A stretch of 39,063 nucleotides of DNA, taken from the NCBI GenBank assembly GCA_937890445.1, contig CALACD010000176.1, positions 1-39,063 of the forward strand, read 5' to 3'. The notes beneath the pieces are model-generated. The model ran no database searches, was not told the DNA's origin, and saw only the letters and a program-made list of their open reading frames with translations. The DNA comes from an uncultured Acidimicrobiia bacterium (GTDB lineage Bacteria > Actinomycetota > Acidimicrobiia > Acidimicrobiales > SZUA-35). This document shows, one piece after another, positions 26,353-35,858 of the stretch. A program made the position numbers and the translations under genes. Numbering within the stretch: position 1 is the stretch's first letter; every line of letters begins with the position of its first letter.

Positions 26353-27387
26353 ATGTCCCAGCCCACCAGTCGTCGACAGTTTCTGAAGCAGTCGGTGTTC
26401 ACCGGCGGAACGCTGCTTACCCTTCCCGCCGCTGCGGCATTCCTGAGCGCCTGTGGAGGCAGCTCCGAATCGAGTTCGACCGAGCTCACCCCGATGTCCT
26501 TCCAACTCGGGTGGACGAAGCTCGTGCAGTTCGGCGGCCACCTGATGGCGCTCGACCTGGGCTACTTCGAAGAGGCAGGCATCGCCGCTGAGTTCAAGTC
26601 TGGTGGCCCCGGTATCGATCCGGTTGCCGACGTCGCCGCAGGAAGTGTGCTGATGGGAGATGCCGATTCTTCTGCGCTCGTTCTCGCTCGCGACAGCGGC
26701 ATTCCGGTGAGGGGATTTGCTGCCATCTTCCAGCGTTCGCCGTTTGCGTTGATGAGCCTTGCGGCGAATCCGGTGATGTCACTCGAAGACATGGTCGGCA
26801 AGCGAATCGGACTTCCCGATGGCTATCGCCCGCAACTCGATGTGCTCTTGTCCCAGGCCGGCATCGAGCCCGCCAGTGTCACCTATGTGCCGGTGGGATT
26901 CGATCCTTCGGTGCTCAGCACCGAACAGGTCGATGGCTACATGGGCTATGCCACATCACAGGGCGTTGCGCTGCAGTCAGAAGGCATCGACATCGAAACC
27001 GTCTACCTCTCCGACCTCGGGGACAAGGGCTACGGCAATGTCTTCTTCGCGACGGACGAGACGATCGAGGAGCAAGCGGACCTTCTGGCCACCTGGCTGG
27101 CGGCCGATCTGAGGGGCTGGGAGTACGCAGTCGAGAATCCGGAAGAAATGGCCGAGCGCGTCACCGAGCTCTACGGAACGGAGACCGGCGCAGAACTCGA
27201 ACCCGAAACAGGTTCGGCATTGGCCCAGGTGGAGTTGATCCAGGGCAACCCCGATGGCCTCCTCTGGATCAACCCCGAGGTCTTCGATGCTGCGGCACAG
27301 TTGGCAGCCGACAGCGGTGCCGCAAGCAGCGTCTTGAGCTCAGAGGATCTGATGACCGAGGCAATCCTGGAGGCGGCAACCGCTTGA
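26353..27387 (+). CDS. ABC substrate-binding lipoprotein, NMT1/THI5 (SsuA-like) family, Tat-exported
   Basis: SRRQFLK Tat motif, lipobox FLSAC, FQLGW...QFGG...GYFEEAGI, GGPGIDP, IFQRSP; GAGG RBS before ATG 26353. Confidence 0.9.
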   Translation: MSQPTSRRQFLKQSVFTGGTLLTLPAAAAFLSACGGSSESSSTELTPMSFQLGWTKLVQFGGHLMALDLGYFEEAGIAAEFKSGGPGIDPVADVAAGSVLMGDADSSALVLARDSGIPVRGFAAIFQRSPFALMSLAANPVMSLEDMVGKRIGLPDGYRPQLDVLLSQAGIEPASVTYVPVGFDPSVLSTEQVDGYMGYATSQGVALQSEGIDIETVYLSDLGDKGYGNVFFATDETIEEQADLLATWLAADLRGWEYAVENPEEMAERVTELYGTETGAELEPETGSALAQVELIQGNPDGLLWINPEVFDAAAQLAADSGAASSVLSSEDLMTEAILEAATA

Positions 27388-28943
27388 TCTCCCCGGCCCC
27401 CCTTCGGCCGCCAGTTGCGCGGATAGCGGCAGGCGTTCTCCACGAGCCCGGTCGTCCACCGACGCGTTCGATGGCGGTGACGACCGCGAATGGAGTGATT
27501 GTGGCCGTCACACCCCAGGCCGACGCGGGGGAGGGCGCCGCGGACACCGACGATGTTGTCAACTCCATTGGTGGTCCGGGCTCGATCGTGCTTCCCGCGC
27601 TCGCCGACGCCCACGATCACGGGCGGGGCCTTCCCACCATTGCCTACGCAGCCGCCGATCAGGCTCTCGAGTCATGGCTTCCTGCCCTCTCGGGACACCC
27701 ATCGATCGACAGCGGCGTTCTCACTTCTGTGGCGTTGGCCAAACTGGCGCGAAGCGGCGTCGGTTCGGTCGTCCACTGCCACAACACCCAATCGTTCGAT
27801 GAGCAGGCCAGCGAGTGCGCTGCCTCCGCTCGAGCTGCTCGCGATGTGGGAGTTCGAATGGCAATGGCGATACCGCTCGCCGACCGGAACCGGCTGGGGT
27901 ACGGGCCGGACGAAGTGGTACTCGAATGCATCGATCATGCCCACCGCGCCGCGGTGGCGACGCGCTGGGCGTCTCGACCCCGATCGGTCGCAGATCAGAT
28001 GCTCCTGTTCGAGGAGGCAGCATCTGCTGTCGCCGAGACTGCTCGTGGCGGCGAGGCAGACCTCGTCAACATCCAGTACTGCCCCGTCGGACCGCAGTGG
28101 TGTTCCGATGAGTTGATGGAGGCCGTCGCCGAGGCATCAGCGGTATCTGGCCGCCGCGTCCACATGCATCTGTTCGAGACTCGATACCAGAAGGAATGGG
28201 CCGAAGCCCACTACCCCGGCGGACTCCTGCACCATCTCGATGCGATCGGGCTGCTCAGCGACCGGCTCACCGTCGCTCACGGGGTATGGCTCGACGACAG
28301 CGAACTCGAGATGCTCGCGGAACGGCGTGTCATCGTGTCGATCAACACCTCGTCGAACCTGCGGCTGCGTTCTGGGCAGGCCGACGTTGCTCGCATGCGC
28401 CGGCTCGGTGTCCGGGTCGCGTTCGGACTCGACGGCATGTCGCTCGACGACGACGAGGGCGCCTTGCGCGAGCTTCAATTGGCCCATCTCCTGAATGCTC
28501 CGGTTGGGCTCGAATCCGGGCTCGCGGCCGGCGACGTGTTGTCTGCTGCGACCTCGGTCGGCCCGGCTGCGGTGAGCGGTGATGGTCAATGGGGTCGGAT
28601 CACATCGGGAGCGCCGGCCGACCTCATGGTCATCGACGGCGATCCGTTGACCGCCGACTTCGTCGACGCCGCAGCGGCCGACATCGACGCGCTCCTCCTC
28701 ACCAGAGCCCGAGCTCGTAACGTCACCGACCTCATCGTCGCAGGTCGAGCGGTCGTTGAACACGGGAAGGTGCTCGGCGTGGACGAGGAAGCGCTGACCG
28801 CCGAAATGATGGACCGGGCGAAGACTGCTCGACCAGCGATCGAGTTGCTCGCCCCTGTCGTGGCTGCCTACCAAGACGGGCTCCGTACGTTCTACCTCGC
28901 CGGGGGGCATCGAGCGCCGGCCTGCTCGGGGTCTCGAGCATGA
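27384..28943 (+). CDS. Metal-dependent amidohydrolase/deaminase (AtzA/TrzA/MTA-SAH deaminase-like)
   Basis: PALADAHDH, HMHLFET, AHGVW, SSNLRLRSG, FGLDG, GAPADL; TTG start overlapping the upstream stop. Confidence 0.85.
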   Translation: MISPAPLRPPVARIAAGVLHEPGRPPTRSMAVTTANGVIVAVTPQADAGEGAADTDDVVNSIGGPGSIVLPALADAHDHGRGLPTIAYAAADQALESWLPALSGHPSIDSGVLTSVALAKLARSGVGSVVHCHNTQSFDEQASECAASARAARDVGVRMAMAIPLADRNRLGYGPDEVVLECIDHAHRAAVATRWASRPRSVADQMLLFEEAASAVAETARGGEADLVNIQYCPVGPQWCSDELMEAVAEASAVSGRRVHMHLFETRYQKEWAEAHYPGGLLHHLDAIGLLSDRLTVAHGVWLDDSELEMLAERRVIVSINTSSNLRLRSGQADVARMRRLGVRVAFGLDGMSLDDDEGALRELQLAHLLNAPVGLESGLAAGDVLSAATSVGPAAVSGDGQWGRITSGAPADLMVIDGDPLTADFVDAAAADIDALLLTRARARNVTDLIVAGRAVVEHGKVLGVDEEALTAEMMDRAKTARPAIELLAPVVAAYQDGLRTFYLAGGHRAPACSGSRA

Positions 28944-29749
28944 GCGATCAGCACGTACTCCTCGAGAACGTCTCGAAGCGCTTCGACATGCGCAAGGACA
29001 GCGTCCTTGCCCTGTCGGATGTCTCGCTCTCGCTCCGTCGCGGTGAGTTCGTCGCTCTCATCGGGCCGAGCGGCTGTGGAAAGTCGACGCTCCTTCGGCT
29101 GTTGGCGGACATCGCCGATCCCAGCGCGGGATCGATCCGTGTCGGTGGCCGCTCGCCCCGGGACGCTCGGCTCGCGCACCGGATCGGTTTCGTCTTCCAG
29201 GATCCGACGCTGCTTCCGTGGCGGACCGTTCTCGACAACGTGAAGCTGCCCATCAAGATCGCACGCGGTCGAGCTGAGCACGGATCGGCATCACCCGAGG
29301 AACTGCTCGAGCTCGTCGGACTGGGCGGCTTCGAGAACGCCCACCCGTCGCAACTGTCGGGCGGCATGCGTCAGCGTGTGGCCATCGCTCGAGCGCTGGC
29401 CCTCACTCCAGAGCTGCTGCTCCTCGACGAGCCATTCGGCGCGCTCGACGAGATCAGTCGTCAACATCTCAATCTCGAGATGCTCCGAATCTGGACCGAG
29501 ACCGGTACTACGGCAGTTCTGGTCACACACGCCATCAGCGAGGCCGTGCTGATGGCCGATCGGATCGTCGTTCTGTCCCCCCGGCCGGGACGAGTGACCG
29601 GAATCGTCGAAGTCGATCTTCCACGACCGCGGACGCTGGACCTCATGCAGACGCAGGAGTTCTTCCGTCTCGAGAACGCGGTGCGCTCGGCCCTCTTCGG
29701 CACAGTCGAGGCGACCGAAGATCCGGCTCCCTTGGAGGCCCATCAATGA
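28940..29749 (+). CDS. ABC importer ATP-binding protein (SsuB/TauB-like)
   Basis: GPSGCGKST, FQDPTLLPWRTV, LSGGMRQR, LLLLDEPFGALD, VTH. Confidence 0.93.
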   Translation: MSDQHVLLENVSKRFDMRKDSVLALSDVSLSLRRGEFVALIGPSGCGKSTLLRLLADIADPSAGSIRVGGRSPRDARLAHRIGFVFQDPTLLPWRTVLDNVKLPIKIARGRAEHGSASPEELLELVGLGGFENAHPSQLSGGMRQRVAIARALALTPELLLLDEPFGALDEISRQHLNLEMLRIWTETGTTAVLVTHAISEAVLMADRIVVLSPRPGRVTGIVEVDLPRPRTLDLMQTQEFFRLENAVRSALFGTVEATEDPAPLEAHQ

Positions 29750-30606
29750 CGATGTCGCTCTCGTCGCTGAGCCCACCAGTTGCCGACCGTTCGGTCCGTT
29801 CGCGTCCGGCCATGATCGGCCGCGGCCGACACCTCGTGGCCCTGATGATTCGCTGGCTGCCGGCGTTGCTGTTGATCATTGGCCTGCTGGCCCTCTGGGA
29901 GTGGGCGGGCCAGGCAGGACGGCTCCCGATCTCGGTTCCCGCTCCGTCGGCGATCGGCACCGAGTTCTCCGACAGTCGAGACATGCTGTGGTTCCACACG
30001 GCTCCGACGCTCTCCGCTGCGGCCAAGGGTTTCGTCGCTGCCGCCGTCAGCGCCTTCGTCCTCGGGATGGTCGTCGCCTTCCGTCCACGACTTGCGGGAC
30101 CGGTCTACCAAACGTCGGTGATCGTGTCGTCCGTCCCGCTGGTCGCACTCACACCGGTGCTGGTTCTCTGGCTCGACCGAGGAGACACCGTCCGCACCAC
30201 GGTCGCAGCCCTCGCCGGCTTCTTTCCGATCCTCGTCGGCTGTGTGCAGGGGTTCGGCGCTCGCGACTCCGGGCGCGAAGAGCTGTTCCTCGTCTTGTCG
30301 GCCGGAACCTGGCAGCGGTTCACGTCGTTGACGCTTCCTTCGTCGTTGCCCTACGTGTTCGCCGGGTTGAAGGCAGCGGCTGCTTCGGCAGTACTCGGAG
30401 CGATCATCGCCGAGTGGAGCGGCGGTGGTGGCACGCGCGGGTTGGGCCAGATGATGACGAATGCACTGTTCGGTTTCAACGTCCCGCGGACCTGGCTGAC
30501 GATCGCCACGGCTGCATTCCTGGCCGTCGGCGCCTACGCCATCGTTGCAACGGCAGAGAGATTGGTCGTCCGCTGGGATCACGACACTGCAGGAGTCGAA
30601 CGATGA
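29746..30606 (+). CDS. ABC importer permease (SsuC/TauC-like)
   Basis: VPAPS, SVPLVALTP, FFPILV, LPSSLPYVFAGLK, GAIIAEW. Confidence 0.9.
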   Translation: MTMSLSSLSPPVADRSVRSRPAMIGRGRHLVALMIRWLPALLLIIGLLALWEWAGQAGRLPISVPAPSAIGTEFSDSRDMLWFHTAPTLSAAAKGFVAAAVSAFVLGMVVAFRPRLAGPVYQTSVIVSSVPLVALTPVLVLWLDRGDTVRTTVAALAGFFPILVGCVQGFGARDSGREELFLVLSAGTWQRFTSLTLPSSLPYVFAGLKAAAASAVLGAIIAEWSGGGGTRGLGQMMTNALFGFNVPRTWLTIATAAFLAVGAYAIVATAERLVVRWDHDTAGVER

Positions 30607-31442
30607 GCGCCGCCATCGCTCGTCCAGGCATCGGGGATCGCCCCACTGACGGTGGAGCCGGTTCGGCCTCGAACCGGCTCTTGCGACGCCTCGGGAGATC
30701 GTCGTTGTTGATCGGCACCTCCGTTGGTGCAGTGCTCCTCGTGTGGTGGGCGCTGTTGGCCATCCTCGACGTGCCGTCCTACTTCATGCCTGGCCCAGGG
30801 CCGACGTTGCAGACGCTCATCAGCGACCGTTCCGAACTGGCATCTCATGCTCGGGTGACGTTGCTCGGAACCGGTGCCGGTGTTGGCGTCGCCACTGTCT
30901 TCGCCGTCGGGCTCGCCATGGTCTTCGTGTCGTCGGCTCATCTGGAACGGGCGTTGCTTCCGCTGGCCATCACCTTCCGAAGCATTCCCATCGTCGCGAT
31001 CGCCCCGCTCGTCACACTGATCGTCGGGCGGGGCTTCGCCACCAGCATCGTGTGCGTCACGATTGTCTGCTTCTTCCCGATCCTGGTGAACACAGCTCGC
31101 GGCCTCCGGGCCGCCACACCCGAGATGCACGAACTGATGCGGGTCAGTGGAGCGACTCGGCTGCAGAGCTTCCGGTACGTCCGCTTCCCGGTCATGACGC
31201 CATATCTCTTCGCCGGGCTCCGAAGCGCGGCCGCCGTCGCAGTGCTCGGCGCGATGTTGGCGGAATGGCTGACCGGCCAGCAGGGCCTGGGGTACCTGCT
31301 CATCGCCGCCGTCGCTCTTCGGGACAACGAGTTGCTGTGGTCGGTCGTGATCGTCTCCTCGGCGTGCTCGCTTGCCTTCTTCGCAATCATGCAGGCCGTG
31401 GAACGGTTGTTCGTGGACTGGTCGACAGGAGAACGTTCATGA
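30603..31442 (+). CDS. Second ABC importer permease (SsuC/TauC-like)
   Basis: ATG 30603 (ATGA overlap); SIPIVAIAP, FFPILVNT, PYLFAGLR, GAMLAEW, GLGY. Confidence 0.9.
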   Translation: MSAAIARPGIGDRPTDGGAGSASNRLLRRLGRSSLLIGTSVGAVLLVWWALLAILDVPSYFMPGPGPTLQTLISDRSELASHARVTLLGTGAGVGVATVFAVGLAMVFVSSAHLERALLPLAITFRSIPIVAIAPLVTLIVGRGFATSIVCVTIVCFFPILVNTARGLRAATPEMHELMRVSGATRLQSFRYVRFPVMTPYLFAGLRSAAAVAVLGAMLAEWLTGQQGLGYLLIAAVALRDNELLWSVVIVSSACSLAFFAIMQAVERLFVDWSTGERS

Positions 31443-33154
31443 GCGTTGGCAAACCGACCTCGGTCCCCCGCGGCCGCCCCCTCGGCCCGTCGGTCTTTCC
31501 GCCGCCCGAGAGCCTTCGTCCGACGCTTCGAGGCACCCACGGTCTGGTCGTCGCAGGGAACCCACTGGCCTCCCAGATCGCCGCCGCGGTGCTCGAGGCA
31601 GGCGGCAACGCCATCGACGCCGGTGTCAGCGGCAGCTTGGCGCTGACCGTCGTGCAGCCCGACATGTGCAGCCTCGGCGGTATCGCCCCCATCGTGTTCC
31701 GTCGGGCCGGTGAGCAGACCGTCCACAGCGTGGCCGGCGTGGGAACCTGGAGCGCCTCGGCCTCCATCGACGCCTTCCGGGCCCGGCACGGCGACACGAT
31801 GCCGCCGGGCGTCGCCTCCACGGTGGTCCCCGCGGCCCCCGCCGCCTTCATCGCTGCTCTGCGGGCTGCTGGTACCTGGCGCTTTCACGAGGTGGCGGCC
31901 ATGGCGATAGAACTGGCGGCTGACGGGTTCCCCGTCGATCCCACCCTGGCCGCCGGGCTCGATTTCTTCGGCCAGGTCTTCAAGCAGTGGTCGTCGACCA
32001 CCGACATCTACTGGCCTGACGGGGCGCCGGCACCCACGGGCTCGTTGCTGCGACAACCCGACCTTGCTGCCGTTCTGTCGGAACTGGCCGCCGCCGATGC
32101 TCGCGAGCCGGACCGCGACCGTGGGCTCACCGCAGCCCATCGGGCGTTCTACGAAGGCCGGATCGCCGAGACCATGGTCGACTTCGTGACCGCGGGCGGA
32201 GGGTTCCTCACCCTCGAAGACATGGCAACGTTCTCCGCCGACATCGCCGAGACCCCGTCGCGTCGCTATCGCGACATGGTGGTTCACGCCCCGCATGCAT
32301 GGACCCAAGGGCCGTTGCTTCTCCAAGCGCTGGCCATCCTGGAGACCTTCGATCTCGCTGCGTTGTCCCCCGGTTCGGCCGACCTCCTCCACCTCATCAC
32401 CGAAGCGATCACCCTGGCCGCTGGTGATCGCGAGCGGTACTACGGCGATCCGGACTTCGTCGACGTCCCTCTCGAGTGGCTCCTCTCTGACGAGCACGCA
32501 AAGGAACGAGCGGCCCAGATCACCGCGGACGCTTCGCTGCCGAACGTCGCAGGATTCACCGGCGACGCCATTCGCTCGACCACCCATCTCTCGGTGGTCG
32601 ACGCTGCAGGCAACGCCTTCTCGACCGCCCCCAGCGACACGATGTCGCTCGCTCCCGTCGTTCCCGGACTGGGCTTCATTGTTTCGCCTCGCGGTATCCA
32701 GAGCCGTCTCGATCCCGACCATCCAGCCTCGCTCGAACCCGGGAAGCGACCTCGCATCACCCCGGCACCGGTGATTGCCTTCGACCGCGACGGCCAGCCG
32801 TGGGCGCTCTCGTGCCCCGGCGGCGACGTCATCCTGCAGGCGATCCTCCAAGTCATCGTCTCGGCCGTCGATCACTCCATGACCCCTCAGCAAGCGGTCG
32901 AGGCCCCTCGCATCTGCGCCCTCACGTTCCCCAACTCCTTCCACCCCCATCAACAGATCGATGGCCAGCTCTGCGTCGAGGGCCGCATCGACGAAGCCGT
33001 TCGCATCGATCTGGAAAACAGGGGTCACCACGTCCAGGACTGGCCCGACTGGGAGTTCGATGCGGGGAGCGTCGCCCTCGTCCGTGCTCTCCCCAACGGG
33101 ACGCTCGAGGCCGGGGCCGACCCGCGTCGGGCAGCTCACACCGCCGGCCGTTGA
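31439..33154 (+). CDS. ggt: Gamma-glutamyltransferase family Ntn-hydrolase
   Basis: GGNAIDAGV, FYEGRIA, DRERYYGDP, autocleavage Thr in STTHLSVVDAAGN, PGKRPRIT, PGGD, GADPRR; ATG 31439. Confidence 0.9.
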   Translation: MSVGKPTSVPRGRPLGPSVFPPPESLRPTLRGTHGLVVAGNPLASQIAAAVLEAGGNAIDAGVSGSLALTVVQPDMCSLGGIAPIVFRRAGEQTVHSVAGVGTWSASASIDAFRARHGDTMPPGVASTVVPAAPAAFIAALRAAGTWRFHEVAAMAIELAADGFPVDPTLAAGLDFFGQVFKQWSSTTDIYWPDGAPAPTGSLLRQPDLAAVLSELAAADAREPDRDRGLTAAHRAFYEGRIAETMVDFVTAGGGFLTLEDMATFSADIAETPSRRYRDMVVHAPHAWTQGPLLLQALAILETFDLAALSPGSADLLHLITEAITLAAGDRERYYGDPDFVDVPLEWLLSDEHAKERAAQITADASLPNVAGFTGDAIRSTTHLSVVDAAGNAFSTAPSDTMSLAPVVPGLGFIVSPRGIQSRLDPDHPASLEPGKRPRITPAPVIAFDRDGQPWALSCPGGDVILQAILQVIVSAVDHSMTPQQAVEAPRICALTFPNSFHPHQQIDGQLCVEGRIDEAVRIDLENRGHHVQDWPDWEFDAGSVALVRALPNGTLEAGADPRRAAHTAGR

Positions 33155-33217
33155 CGTCCATGGCCACTCCACTCGACCCGCTCACCAACTTCGCTTCACG
33201 AAGGAGACCCAAACCAC

Positions 33218-33955
33218 ATGATCATCGATGCCTACAACTGCGTCTGGGGGACGGCCGGATCCTCCGACTACCTCACGCACACGCCCCGAACGGCCGAAGC
33301 GTTGATGGCAGTGATGGACGCGCAAGGGGTGGACATGGCGGTCATCACCGGACTCGGTCAGATGATGGACAACGACTACCTGATCGAGGCCTGTGCTGCC
33401 TATCCCGACCGCTTCGTTGGGATGGGCCAAGCCGATCCGCGCAAGCCCGACGCCCTCGATTCGATTCGCTCGTTCGCCGAGCATCCGGGAATGAAGGCCC
33501 TCAAGCTCCACCCGACGATGCACGGGTACCACGTCTGTGACCACGGCCTTCTCGACCCGATCTTCGATCTGGCTGCCCAGCTCGGCTTGGTGGTGTTGGT
33601 CAACGCCCTCGACGATCCGTTCTGTGCTCCTCTGTCGATCGAGGAGATCGCTCGCAACTTTCCGACGGTTCCAACCCTCATCGCCCATTCGGGCGTCATC
33701 TGGAACGTGATGGAGGCGATCCTCGTTGCCGGGCGAACCTCCAATCTCTATCTCGAGACCTCCGCCACCCAGCTCATCGACGTCGAGACCATGTACCGAA
33801 TGGTCGGTCCCGAGAAGATCGTGATGGGCACCGACTGGCCCTGTTTCGACTTCGAACTGGAGATGCTCAAGCTCAGCAAAGCCGTGCCCGATGATGAGGC
33901 GAGACAGGCGATCATGGGCGACAACCTGGCCAACCTGTTGGGGATGGCGTCATGA
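33218..33955 (+). CDS. Amidohydrolase_2 family TIM-barrel protein (paralog 1)
   Basis: MIIDAYN, NDY, YPDRF, LKLHP, LIAH, YLETS, MGTDWP; AAGGAG RBS. Confidence 0.85.
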   Translation: MIIDAYNCVWGTAGSSDYLTHTPRTAEALMAVMDAQGVDMAVITGLGQMMDNDYLIEACAAYPDRFVGMGQADPRKPDALDSIRSFAEHPGMKALKLHPTMHGYHVCDHGLLDPIFDLAAQLGLVVLVNALDDPFCAPLSIEEIARNFPTVPTLIAHSGVIWNVMEAILVAGRTSNLYLETSATQLIDVETMYRMVGPEKIVMGTDWPCFDFELEMLKLSKAVPDDEARQAIMGDNLANLLGMAS

Positions 33956-34698
33956 TCGTCGACGCCTACAACAACACCTGGGTCGTGGAGAACTCCTCGA
34001 GTTTCCTCGGCGGCGACGAGTTCGGGGTCGACCGTCTCATCGAGGTGATGGACGCTGGCGGTGTCGACATGGCCATGGCCACCTCGCTCGGGCAACTGCC
34101 GGACAACGACTACATCGCCGACTGCGTCCGCCGATACCCCGACCGGATCTTCGGGTTCTCGGTGGTCGATCCTCGTCGACCGGATGCCGTCGACGAGGTG
34201 CACCGGACCGCTGAACTCGGTTTGGTCGGCGTGAAGCTCCATCCGACCATGCACGGTTACCACGTCTGTGACCATGGCCTGCTCGATCCCGTCTTCCGGG
34301 CCTGCGCCGACACCGGCCAGGCTGTGCTCTTCAATGCTTTGGATGATGCCTTCTGCGCTCCTCTCGGAATGGAAGAGATCGCTCGCGGCTTCCCCGAGGT
34401 GCCCACCCTCATCGCCCACATGGGAACCGTCTGGAACACCACCGAGGCGATCCTTGTCGCTGGGCGCACGCCGAACATCTACCTGGAGACGTCGAGCACG
34501 CAGTTGCTCGAGGTTCGCACGGCCTATGACCAGTTGGGTCCGGACCGACTCGTCATGGGCACGGACTGGCCGGCCAGCCACATGGACCTGGAGCGGATGA
34601 AGATTGCCCGAGCCATTCCCGACGCCGATGACCGAGCCAAGGTCGAGGGCGCCAATCTGTCCGCGCTGTTGGGCTTGTCCGTAGGGAGCGACGCATGA
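33952..34698 (+). CDS. Amidohydrolase_2 family TIM-barrel protein (paralog 2)
   Basis: MIVDAYN, NDY, YPDRI, VKLHP, LIAHMG, YLETS, MGTDWP. Confidence 0.85.
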   Translation: MIVDAYNNTWVVENSSSFLGGDEFGVDRLIEVMDAGGVDMAMATSLGQLPDNDYIADCVRRYPDRIFGFSVVDPRRPDAVDEVHRTAELGLVGVKLHPTMHGYHVCDHGLLDPVFRACADTGQAVLFNALDDAFCAPLGMEEIARGFPEVPTLIAHMGTVWNTTEAILVAGRTPNIYLETSSTQLLEVRTAYDQLGPDRLVMGTDWPASHMDLERMKIARAIPDADDRAKVEGANLSALLGLSVGSDA

Positions 34699-35858
34699 CG
34701 ATCGATCTCGGACGAACCATTGCCGACACGGCAGCCCTTGTCGCCATCGACAGTCAGAATCCTGGCCCCCAAGAAGGTGAGTGCGCAGCTTGGGTAGCCG
34801 ACCGGTTGGGCGGAATGGGCCTGGCCGTCGAACAACAGCGGGTCGAGGATGGGCGACACAACCTGATCTCGACACTGCCCGGCTCGGGGGAAGCGCCCCG
34901 CCTCGTGCTCCTGGCCCACCTCGACACGGTCCCGTTCGGGGATTCGTGGAGTGTCAAGCCACTCGGGGGCGACATCCGCGACGGGAACCTGTACGGCAGA
35001 GGTTCATGTGACATGAAGGCCGGCCTGGCCCTGGCCCTCAACCTCTTCGAGGAACTGTCCACGTCAGGAGTACCGCTGCGGGGAGATCTGGTGCTCTGCG
35101 CCACCGTCGACGAGGAGTCCCCGCACATGGCCGGCGCACACGCCTTGGTGCACCAGGGCCTGGTCGGTGACAACGACCAGGTCTTGGCACTGGAACCGAC
35201 GGGATGTCGCTTGCGAATCGCACAAGTCGGTTTGCGGTGGCTGGAGGTCACGGTCAACGGGCGCCAATGTCACGCCGGTCGATCGGTGTTGGGCATCGAT
35301 GCCAACCATGTGATGGCGCGTGTGATCGAACGCGTCAAGGCGTTGATCGCAGGCCTCGGCGTTGACGATCCGCTTCTGGGCCCGACGCAGGTGACGTGCG
35401 GAACCCTCGGGGGAGGCGTTGCGACCAACGTCGTTCCCGGCTCGAGCCGGGCGACCTTCGATGTCCGGCTGGTTCCTCCCTTCACGCCCGACTCGATCGC
35501 CGAACTGATCGAACCGGTCGTCGCTGCCACGGTCGCCGAGTTCCCGGGAGCGACCTACGAGTTCGGGGGCCTGGGTGCTGCCCGCCCTCCCGTGTATGCG
35601 AGCGAGGACGCTCATCTGGTGAAGGGTCTCCGCCGCTCGTTCCAGTCCGTCACGGGACGCCCGTTGGAGAGCGGTGGCGCCGATGGTCACGAGGCCTACA
35701 CCGACGCCTCCATGATCTCGGCCCTCACCGGCAACGACGGCTGCACGGTGTTCGGTCCGGGCTCGTCCGACGTCGCCCACACGGTCGACGAGTTCGTACC
35801 GCTGGACGACATCGAACTGGTCGCCGGTGTCCTCAACGACTTGGTGGCGAATTGGTGA
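34695..35858 (+). CDS. M20 metallopeptidase/deacylase (ArgE/DapE-like)
   Basis: AHLDTVP, YGRGSCDMKAG, VDEE, LEPT, GGVATNVVP, YTDA, FGPG..VAHTVDE. Confidence 0.9.
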   Translation: MTIDLGRTIADTAALVAIDSQNPGPQEGECAAWVADRLGGMGLAVEQQRVEDGRHNLISTLPGSGEAPRLVLLAHLDTVPFGDSWSVKPLGGDIRDGNLYGRGSCDMKAGLALALNLFEELSTSGVPLRGDLVLCATVDEESPHMAGAHALVHQGLVGDNDQVLALEPTGCRLRIAQVGLRWLEVTVNGRQCHAGRSVLGIDANHVMARVIERVKALIAGLGVDDPLLGPTQVTCGTLGGGVATNVVPGSSRATFDVRLVPPFTPDSIAELIEPVVAATVAEFPGATYEFGGLGAARPPVYASEDAHLVKGLRRSFQSVTGRPLESGGADGHEAYTDASMISALTGNDGCTVFGPGSSDVAHTVDEFVPLDDIELVAGVLNDLVANW

